NCBI GenBank assembly: GCA_035292445.1
Contig: DATDQB010000020.1
Coordinates: 27,484-91,483 of the forward strand
Length of the DNA stretch: 64,000 nt
Reading direction: 5' to 3'
From: Candidatus Omnitrophota bacterium
GTDB lineage: Bacteria > Omnitrophota > Gorgyraeia > Zapsychrales > Zapsychraceae
Part shown: positions 21,150 through 28,419 of the stretch, piece by piece
How positions within the stretch are numbered: position 1 is the stretch's first letter
Layout: each line of letters opens with the position of its first letter
Notes under the pieces: generated by a model
Told to the model about the DNA's origin: nothing
Databases searched by the model: none
Seen by the model: the letters and a program-made list of their open reading frames with translations, nothing else
Position numbers and translations under genes: made by a program

Positions 21150-21240
21150 CTCCCTAATTATTTATACTTATATATATTAACATACTGTTTAATTTGTGTC
21201 TTCAACTATTATCTGATTTCATCATTTTTATCAGAATCAT
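21150..21240 (-). promoter_or_regulatory. Putative internal promoter with an inverted repeat upstream of the radical SAM gene
   Basis: AT-rich 127-bp gap. Minus strand has TTGAAG (21205-21200), an extended -10-like TGtTAATAT (21182-21174) and SD AGGGAGG. Inverted repeat TCTGAT-N12-ATCAGA at 21212-21235. Confidence 0.45.
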
Positions 21241-21270
21241 AACTATTTGTAGCGAAATGATTTACATAAT

Positions 21271-21801
21271 TTATAAAGGCGATTGGATCAATTTCTTTTC
21301 TTCAAGGCCCTCCATAATAGCATCAACGATACCGCCGTGATCAACCCTTTCATCATCATTATTAACGACCAGATCCGGATGCAGCGGAGGTTCAAAGTTT
21401 ATATCGACACCGACCACATGCGTTATCTCACCTGCCAAAGCCTTTTTATATAATCCCTTCGGGTCCCGTTTCATGACGGTGTCCATGGACACATCGAGAT
21501 AAACCTCGAAATATTGGGACAAATTCTTCCTATTCCATTCTTGGGATTCGGGGAACAAAGACAAAAGCGCGAACACGACATCTATGCCCTGCTTTTCCAA
21601 ATACTGGCAGAAGCGGCAGATACGCTGGGCATTCTTCTTTCTTTCCTCAATAGTGTGGCCTAAATCATCGCCCATGATGTTCCTGAAAATATCCCCGTCA
21701 AAGAACACGACCGGACGACCCATGGCCGCCAACCTGTCCCTAAGCTTCCGGCCGATGGTCGTTTTTCCCGCGCCTGACAGACCTATGATCCATATAACCA
21801 T
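21271..21801 (-). CDS. Adenylyl-sulfate kinase-like protein, probable cytidine diphosphoramidate 3'-kinase (Cj1415-like)
   Basis: IWIIGLSGAGKTT P-loop, DGD and RDPKGLY. It has SLF...WNR where CysC usually has ISP, which matches my recollection of Cj1415. Clustered with Cj1416/17/18-like genes. Confidence 0.75.
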   Translation of the reverse strand: MVIWIIGLSGAGKTTIGRKLRDRLAAMGRPVVFFDGDIFRNIMGDDLGHTIEERKKNAQRICRFCQYLEKQGIDVVFALLSLFPESQEWNRKNLSQYFEVYLDVSMDTVMKRDPKGLYKKALAGEITHVVGVDINFEPPLHPDLVVNNDDERVDHGGIVDAIMEGLEEKKLIQSPL

Positions 21802-21813
21802 CTTGTTCCTTGC

Positions 21814-22593
21814 TTAATTGACAGAAACTACTTTCCCGTCAACAAATAACTCTTTAGCCAACTCATAATCATTTAAGCCGTCGATCTCAAGCCAGCCGCC
21901 GTTGATCTTGACACCGTAGATATCTTCCCCTTCGTTAATAATGCCCTGGAGCATATCGGTCATGAAAGCCTTTTCAAAGGGACGATCGCAGCCCCACGGT
22001 TTTCCTCCCGCTTGACTTATCTTTTCAGCGTTCAGGAACGATCTTTTGAAAGTATCGATCCCCCGCCCCTTGAATTTCATGAGCCCGATGTAACCCGCCT
22101 GCACGTCGGCAATGGCATGGGCGGGCTGGCCGATCACCTTGATCCTGTCTTTGTCGGCGAACCGCAACGCTTCCGCGTCCGCGAGCGGATCAGTGAACCG
22201 CCTTTTCCAATACCTCTCCCAGTTCATGTCGACCACAACGGAAATATCGTGAGGGGCTGCCATGAGCTTTCGCAGCACATCTTCGTTATAAATGATATCC
22301 CCGTAGGAGACGATCGACTCATCCTTCATTTCATGCTGGACGCACCATAAGGTCATGACCATATTGGTCGTGGCGTAACGCTCATTGACATAATACTTGA
22401 CGTCCTTGCGGGAGATCTTCTGCGCCATGTACCCTTTGACGGCAATGATGTCCCGGATGCCGCAGCGCTTCATCATATCGACCTGATGGTCGAAGATGCT
22501 CGTATCGCCGATCGGCACCAGGCATTTCGGTTTTTCGTCGGTGAATGGCCTTAGCCGCTTGCCCTCACCGGCTGCAAGAATGACAGCATTCAT
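21814..22593 (-). CDS. LicC-like cytidylyltransferase, probable CTP:phosphoglutamine cytidylyltransferase (Cj1416-like)
   Basis: MNAVILAAGEGKRLRPFTDEKPKCLV, TNMV, VSYGDI, YIGL, FMTD and WLEID; gene context. Confidence 0.8.
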   Translation of the reverse strand: MNAVILAAGEGKRLRPFTDEKPKCLVPIGDTSIFDHQVDMMKRCGIRDIIAVKGYMAQKISRKDVKYYVNERYATTNMVMTLWCVQHEMKDESIVSYGDIIYNEDVLRKLMAAPHDISVVVDMNWERYWKRRFTDPLADAEALRFADKDRIKVIGQPAHAIADVQAGYIGLMKFKGRGIDTFKRSFLNAEKISQAGGKPWGCDRPFEKAFMTDMLQGIINEGEDIYGVKINGGWLEIDGLNDYELAKELFVDGKVVSVN

Positions 22594-22601
22594 CTTTAAC
22601 C

Positions 22602-23540
22602 TTATCCGTCCGTCGTTTTCTGGCTTAATAAAACGGTTATCCTCGCGAAACTGTTGACGAACCCGAATAACTTCTTCTTGGACAGGTTTTCAAAAAAATC
22701 ATCCACCTTCAAATTCAACGGATATCTCTTTGGAATTTCCGATACATAATAATGGGCGCCCACGGACCTTAATGGCAAAAATCCATTTCCCCGGCAAAGC
22801 GCTTTCAAACTCCGCTTGGTGTAGAGCTTCTTCTTCAACTTGTATTTCCAGACATCGTGGCCTTTAAGCATAGACTTTGAATTAAAGAATTTGCTGTTCT
22901 CGAACCTCGCAAAAATAACACCCAGCGTAGACTCGCAGAGAATGGACTTAAAAGACGGGAAAAGCTCGTATTTCTGCCCAAACAGCAAATAGGTCATGGA
23001 GCGGCAGAACCTGCGGAACGACGTGAAATCATTGAGCCCATAGGCCGAGCGCTGGGCAATAAGTAGATGCCCGCCCGGTTTAAGAACGCGCCAAGCCTCC
23101 TTAATCGTGGTTGTATCATCATAAAGATAATGAAGAACACCGGAGGCCACGATCAGATCAAATGTGTTGTCTTCATAGCTCCATCTCGTTTCAAGATTAC
23201 CCACCGTGAAATAATAGTTGCCGTCGAGATCATCCCTTCGGCAACGCTGGGTGGCGATATCACAGAATTTTTCCGAAATATCGATGCCATGGATCTCATG
23301 CCCGCGCTGGCCTATCCGCAACGCGGTCTGGCCTGCGCCGTAACCCAGCTCCATGACCTTAGCGCCCTTGGGAAGTTCAAGCTCATCGACATATTTCAAG
23401 ACTTTCTCTAACCGGCGATTGAGCGAACGGACCGTGTGGCTATCCCAGTCATCATACTGTTTATCCCACTTGACGATCTGTTGGCTGTTCCACCAGCCGC
23501 TCACGGCTTCGATCTGCTGTTCTTTGGTAATATTTTTCAT
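22602..23540 (-). CDS. Class I SAM-dependent methyltransferase
   Basis: MELGYGAG, GIDIS and RVLKPGG; lies inside the phosphoramidate block. Confidence 0.85.
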   Translation of the reverse strand: MKNITKEQQIEAVSGWWNSQQIVKWDKQYDDWDSHTVRSLNRRLEKVLKYVDELELPKGAKVMELGYGAGQTALRIGQRGHEIHGIDISEKFCDIATQRCRRDDLDGNYYFTVGNLETRWSYEDNTFDLIVASGVLHYLYDDTTTIKEAWRVLKPGGHLLIAQRSAYGLNDFTSFRRFCRSMTYLLFGQKYELFPSFKSILCESTLGVIFARFENSKFFNSKSMLKGHDVWKYKLKKKLYTKRSLKALCRGNGFLPLRSVGAHYYVSEIPKRYPLNLKVDDFFENLSKKKLFGFVNSFARITVLLSQKTTDG

Positions 23541-23562
23541 CGCGTCCCCAATATTGATCAGA

Positions 23563-25530
23563 TTAAACTAAGATTTCCACTTTTTGTGCATTTTGCGTAA
23601 TGTTTAAATAACTTTCTAAGATCTCAGGTACAAATACGTTCGGCAGTTTATAAGGAACGATATATTTCTCCCGTGGGCCATCCAAAAATTCCTCCACCAT
23701 TTTAACGCCTTCAGCATAATCATTCATAGCCCTCAAGCTCGAACCATAACCGTTCTTGGCATTCTCGCGCAAGATCTGGTATTGCGGCCTGTAGAGCGCT
23801 AAGACCGGTTTGTGTCCGTAGATGGCCTCAAAAAAGACCGTGCTGGGGATGTCGCACAGGACACGGTCGATATAAGGAAACCATTTGGTGACCTTATGCG
23901 AATCGAATTGGATATTTTCATAATTATTCTTGCGTATGATCTCCGCCATCAGATCAACGCTCTGTCCGGGTTGAATGAGCGCCTTCCAAATGAAGAAAAT
24001 ATCTTTTCTCTTCGAGAAGTATTCGGCCAAAGCCTTGTGCCACTGAACGAACTCCGCGGGAAAGGGCTGGTTCTTCTGCACGGACCTGCCGGGAGTCGCC
24101 CCGTAGATGATGGGGACAAAAAGGACCACGCGCCTGCCGCCGGCGGAAACAACGGGCCTGATCTTTTGGTCCTTCGGGAACATGCGGGTCAATTTCCGGA
24201 AAAGATAGGAAAATTCGTGAACTTGCGGATACGCATAATTGAATTCCTTTACAAGCGACTTCTCATGCTCCGCTTCGCTGGCCGACGGGCTGAAAAAGAT
24301 GTCATATTGCCTATTCACGTAAAAAAACCGGCTTTTACACTCATAGGCGTCTGAGCCGTGCGCGAAACCGATGCTTTTTGTCGATGGCGTCAGCCTGGCG
24401 GCCGCGATCGCCGCATGCTCATCGACCGTCCATATATTGGGCGTTGCCACGAAATCAATGTTATTTCTTACATAAAATTCTTTATAGTCCTTAATTCTCG
24501 CGAGCAACTCGGGACAGATATCAAAATAAAAATACTTAAACCGCGACTTAAGGATATGGGAAACATCGATCCCGCATAAATTATTAATCCATCGCATGAC
24601 ATCTCCCCGCAGGATCTTATGGAACAAATCCTCACATGCAACATAGCCCGCTGGATCATGAAGCCCGGTCTCTATACCCCTCGCCCCTAAGTGACTCAAC
24701 GAAAGTTTTTTGGCCGCCTTGCCGGTCTCGAAGTAAATATCAAAACCGTATTTGCGTGAATCCATGACAAAATCCATCGTGCCCATAAGATCGCCGAGAA
24801 CAAAGATCCGCCCTTTCGGTAAATTTGCTTGTTGCGATTTAATACATATCTTCAATCCCCTGTAATAATTCTTAAGTTTTGAGACGGGTAGGATCTTTTT
24901 CAACGAAGCTTTAAAAGTTCGAGGATGGATAGTCGCCTTCAAAGACCGTAAAAAAGAAGGTTTTCTAATTACCGGTACAGGCGCATTAAAAGCAAGACGT
25001 TCGTAGGCTATGCCCCTATCCTTGCAAAGCGGCTCTATTAACTGGGAGAACGGGCTTTCACCGACGGTAAAGGACTGGTCCAGCATTCTTCCGAAAGGAT
25101 GGCCTGAGGGATCGCTCTCTAATAACCGCTCCATCTCTTCGGGGGTGTACTTTGGCCCGTAGAAAAAGATCTTTCCCGGCTTTGCCGACTCGATGAACTT
25201 ACGCAAGATTCTTGTGCTAAGGATTACGTTGTCGGTGAGATATTTGATCGTAAAATAATAAATTGTTGCCAAATTGATCCCTAACTTCTGCGCCTCCGGA
25301 AAGGCCTCTTTAAGCTGTTTGTCAAAATCGTCATACCACGCCAATTGTGCCAAGAGGAATTCATCCGTATTACCCCTGACCTCATAGGAGGTATAAAAAT
25401 CTTCAAGCGGGACATACGAAATGCCACAACGTTCAAGGTCCAATTGCGCCCGCTCGTTTAAGGCTACGGCCCGGGTGTTGGCAGGAAAGGTATAACTCTC
25501 ATGCCATTGTTCAACTAAACAGTAGTCCAT
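23563..25530 (-). CDS. Hypothetical protein with GT-B-like C-terminus (candidate glycosyl/nonulosonate transferase)
   Basis: 655 aa with no certain family. AHG motif, VLFVP and DRVLCDIPSTVFFEAIYGHKPV resemble GT-B/glycerophosphotransferase-like C-termini. Confidence 0.45.
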   Translation of the reverse strand: MDYCLVEQWHESYTFPANTRAVALNERAQLDLERCGISYVPLEDFYTSYEVRGNTDEFLLAQLAWYDDFDKQLKEAFPEAQKLGINLATIYYFTIKYLTDNVILSTRILRKFIESAKPGKIFFYGPKYTPEEMERLLESDPSGHPFGRMLDQSFTVGESPFSQLIEPLCKDRGIAYERLAFNAPVPVIRKPSFLRSLKATIHPRTFKASLKKILPVSKLKNYYRGLKICIKSQQANLPKGRIFVLGDLMGTMDFVMDSRKYGFDIYFETGKAAKKLSLSHLGARGIETGLHDPAGYVACEDLFHKILRGDVMRWINNLCGIDVSHILKSRFKYFYFDICPELLARIKDYKEFYVRNNIDFVATPNIWTVDEHAAIAAARLTPSTKSIGFAHGSDAYECKSRFFYVNRQYDIFFSPSASEAEHEKSLVKEFNYAYPQVHEFSYLFRKLTRMFPKDQKIRPVVSAGGRRVVLFVPIIYGATPGRSVQKNQPFPAEFVQWHKALAEYFSKRKDIFFIWKALIQPGQSVDLMAEIIRKNNYENIQFDSHKVTKWFPYIDRVLCDIPSTVFFEAIYGHKPVLALYRPQYQILRENAKNGYGSSLRAMNDYAEGVKMVEEFLDGPREKYIVPYKLPNVFVPEILESYLNITQNAQKVEILV

Positions 25531-26552
25531 AAATTATCCTTGGCTCTTTCATAATCTTTCACCATAGATGTCATTGAGTTAAACGCTTCTTCTGAGGCCA
25601 GGGCCTTGACCTCGTCTAATTTTTCCTTCCGTTCATCCTCGGAAAAATCGCGCGGACACTTCTCCCGCTCCAACACCGTGGGAGTATAAGGCGTCGGCTC
25701 CGTTTCGAGAAAGGAACAAATTTGCGATAAAACTTCGTGTGTATTTGTCACGGTTTCATCAAAGGTGACCCTTAAAACCCTCTCACGTCCTTTCTGTGAA
25801 AGCGACTTTAAGGCTTTGTTATAGTGCTTTCTGATGCCTTCGATCATATAAATAACCCTGCCCATCTCGGACAAGCTATTGTACTTTGCCGCCCAATCCG
25901 CGGCATAATAAGGAACGACACTCCCGTTAACTTGGGTCAATACAACCTGGCAGATCTTGCTGTCATAGGTCTCGGAACCGTGCGTGATCCCTTTTTTGTC
26001 GGCACGGGCTGTTGACCTTACTTCCTCGCCATAATGGTGATTAAACCATGAGTAGACCATATCCACCGGATGACGATCGATGAATACTATCTTTAGGAAA
26101 GGAAAAGCCTCGAACCAGCTTTTCGCGTGCCACAAAGCGTCGGACAACGCCAAAACGAGCAGCGGCCGCTTTGTTTCAATATCATCGACGATAAGCCCGC
26201 CCCTTTCTGAAAGGAACCGGTCAAGGTATTTCAAAGGGTCATCCGTATTAAATATGCTGGTTTCATCGACAAAACGCATGTTCATTTCCCTGCCGATCAT
26301 GTTGTCGTATAACTTGAAATCAACTATATAGCGCAGCAAGAACACCAGCACCTCATCGGATAATTTGCCTAAATGATTAAGCGTTCCCAGATGCTCCAAC
26401 AAAATGCTCATCTTGAAATGTTCCGCCCGCTCAAGGCTGCCCACAATGGGCGCCAGCATGCTCTTTCCAGACGTGGGGGCGCCGGTCACGATGACCAAAT
26501 CCTTCAGGAACGTTTCTTTGACCAGTTTTAATTCTTTATTTGCGCTGCTCAT
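25515..26552 (-). CDS. Sulfotransferase-fold protein 2
   Basis: VTGAPTSGKSML (5'-PSB-like loop), IDRHPVDMVYSW (3'-PB-like motif) and VTFDETV...ICSFL. Start adjusted to MSSANK. Confidence 0.75.
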   Translation of the reverse strand: MSSANKELKLVKETFLKDLVIVTGAPTSGKSMLAPIVGSLERAEHFKMSILLEHLGTLNHLGKLSDEVLVFLLRYIVDFKLYDNMIGREMNMRFVDETSIFNTDDPLKYLDRFLSERGGLIVDDIETKRPLLVLALSDALWHAKSWFEAFPFLKIVFIDRHPVDMVYSWFNHHYGEEVRSTARADKKGITHGSETYDSKICQVVLTQVNGSVVPYYAADWAAKYNSLSEMGRVIYMIEGIRKHYNKALKSLSQKGRERVLRVTFDETVTNTHEVLSQICSFLETEPTPYTPTVLEREKCPRDFSEDERKEKLDEVKALASEEAFNSMTSMVKDYERAKDNLWTTV

Positions 26553-26553
26553 A

Positions 26554-26709
26554 TTATTTTTCCGTGAGTTCACTGATCTTCTTTTCACACCAATCCTTCA
26601 ACACGGTCAAATTCTTGATCGTTTGCTGGACGCTGTACCTGGAATCAGGCCTTTGCCTGGCTGTCTCTTCCCACGTGCGTCCGTCTTTGCTTCCTTTGAT
26701 CTTGGTCAT
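26554..26709 (-). CDS. Small hypothetical protein, 51 aa (below the ORF-track cutoff)
   Basis: MTKIKGSKDGRTWEETARQRPDSRYSVQQTIKNLTVLKDWCEKKISELTEK. AGAGG SD 6 nt before the ATG; its TAA is 1 nt from the next ATG; it nearly fills the gap between the two sulfotransferase-fold genes. Confidence 0.65.
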   Translation of the reverse strand: MTKIKGSKDGRTWEETARQRPDSRYSVQQTIKNLTVLKDWCEKKISELTEK

Positions 26710-26727
26710 GCACAACCTCTTTCTTGC

Positions 26728-27723
26728 CTAAACCTGGCCGACAACCTGACGACCTTCATAGATCGCTTCTTGCATTGAATAACGGCCATCATATTCTTTT
26801 GCCATCGACTGCAATAACGCAAACGCATCATGTGAGGCCATGCGCTGGATCTCCTCCAACTTCTTGTCCCTGGCCTGCGGATGTACTATCCTCGGGCAGT
26901 TTTCCTTTTTGCAAACACGGGCCGTCTGCCGTGTAGGAGATGTCCCTAAGAAATCAGCAATCTCTTTAATGACGGCGTCCGTATGCGCCGCCAGTCTTTC
27001 AAAAGAAATGATCTTTATCTGCTGTCGCTGTGACGGCGATAAAGCATCATATTTCTGATAATGGCTGTCTTCCAATTTCTTTATCATATGGATGATCCTG
27101 TCGATCTCGGACATATTAAGGTAATCCTGTTCCCAACCGGCGGCGTAATAAGGAAGCGTCTTCGCTCCCCATTCGATCGTCAACGTGGCATTTCGCGGGT
27201 TATCAAAATAGTCGCCGCCATAACCTTTGCCGTACCAGTTAAGCACCATGTCCACGGGGTGTCGCGTGATATGAATCATCCGCATTTGCGGAAAGGAGCT
27301 GAAATAAATATCGGCATGCCAGAGGGCATCATGCACCATGAGAAGATAGAGCCGCCCAGAGCTCTCCATCGCCATTAACGCCGCATCGCCTTCTTTGGCA
27401 AACAGTCTTTTGAGGTAATGGACCGGCCGCGATGATCTCCAAACGCTGCTTAGGTCCCCAAACCTTAAATTCATATTTCTGCCGATCGTCAAATCATAAA
27501 CCATCGCATCAACCGCATAGCGCATCAAACATTTGGCCGCATCATCGGGGATAGACCTTAGGACCTGCATCATGGGAACCTGTTCCATCAAATAATTGAT
27601 GGCGACATGTTCCACTCTGGCCATGCTTGAGACGATCGGCGCCAGCAATGTCTTGCCCGAGCGGGTCAATCCGGTGATCAACACGAGGTTTTTGATGAAA
27701 TTTTGCCGGGTTATTTTAGTCAT
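26728..27723 (-). CDS. Sulfotransferase-fold protein 1
   Basis: ITGLTRSGKTLL, HITRHPVDMV and ISFERL...IADFLG; clear paralog of 25515-26552 (shared DALWHA, PYYAA, GRVIY/DRIIH, EKCPR/ENCPR). Confidence 0.75.
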   Translation of the reverse strand: MTKITRQNFIKNLVLITGLTRSGKTLLAPIVSSMARVEHVAINYLMEQVPMMQVLRSIPDDAAKCLMRYAVDAMVYDLTIGRNMNLRFGDLSSVWRSSRPVHYLKRLFAKEGDAALMAMESSGRLYLLMVHDALWHADIYFSSFPQMRMIHITRHPVDMVLNWYGKGYGGDYFDNPRNATLTIEWGAKTLPYYAAGWEQDYLNMSEIDRIIHMIKKLEDSHYQKYDALSPSQRQQIKIISFERLAAHTDAVIKEIADFLGTSPTRQTARVCKKENCPRIVHPQARDKKLEEIQRMASHDAFALLQSMAKEYDGRYSMQEAIYEGRQVVGQV

Positions 27724-27732
27724 GGGAGATCT

Positions 27733-28419
27733 TTATTTTTTTATGCTGTCCGCGATCCGAAGATCGCTGTTAAAAAATTTCTCGATCAAAAGGCGGTCAT
27801 GTTCACTCATGGGCTTTTGCCGTTCCGGATGCCATTCAATGCCTAAGATCGGATGGGTTTCATGGATGAACCCTTCAATAATGTCATCTTTGACGGCCCA
27901 AGCTAATAGCCCCGCCCCTAAATGGTTTTCTTTAACGGCACAACGATGATAGGAATTAACCTCGAGCTTATCCGAGCCGTAAAACTCTTTAAAATAGTCC
28001 ATCGTAATAGTGACCGTATGAGATTTTGTCACGTGCCCGTCAATTTCGCCTTCCAGCTTTCCGCCAAAATAACAATTTATCAATTGCATGCCACGGCACA
28101 CGCCTAAGACGGGCTTTTTGTTTGCAATAGCCCAGTCCAATAGTTTTGCTTCCGTTATATCCCGGGCCGATCCAGCCCATTTTCCGGACGAATTCTTTTT
28201 TAGTTCCACATTTTCACCATTGCCCAAAATCAACGCCTCGCAACCGAGCTCCTTCACGTAAGTTTCCACGTCCTTGAGCCGGCTTGGTATCAATAAAGGC
28301 ATGTAATCGCATGACTCCAGGTAAACGACCCAGTCGTGGCTGAGGGCATCGCGCAGTTCAACGTATTCCTTCGTCTCAACGGTCCTCATAGTGATGGCAA
28401 CTTTCTTGATCTTACGCAT
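27733..28419 (-). CDS. Peptidase C26/class I glutamine amidotransferase, probable gamma-glutamyl-CDP-amidate hydrolase (Cj1417-like)
   Basis: ELRDALSHDW, GVCRGMQ catalytic Cys, VNSYH and WHPE; directly downstream of the Cj1418-like kinase. Confidence 0.82.
   Translation of the reverse strand: MRKIKKVAITMRTVETKEYVELRDALSHDWVVYLESCDYMPLLIPSRLKDVETYVKELGCEALILGNGENVELKKNSSGKWAGSARDITEAKLLDWAIANKKPVLGVCRGMQLINCYFGGKLEGEIDGHVTKSHTVTITMDYFKEFYGSDKLEVNSYHRCAVKENHLGAGLLAWAVKDDIIEGFIHETHPILGIEWHPERQKPMSEHDRLLIEKFFNSDLRIADSIKK

Noticed and set aside
21271-21801. cysC for sulfate activation and glycan sulfation
   Set aside because: Disfavoured rather than excluded: no ATP sulfurylase in the window, it lacks the usual CysC ISP segment, and it is clustered with Cj1416-18-like genes.
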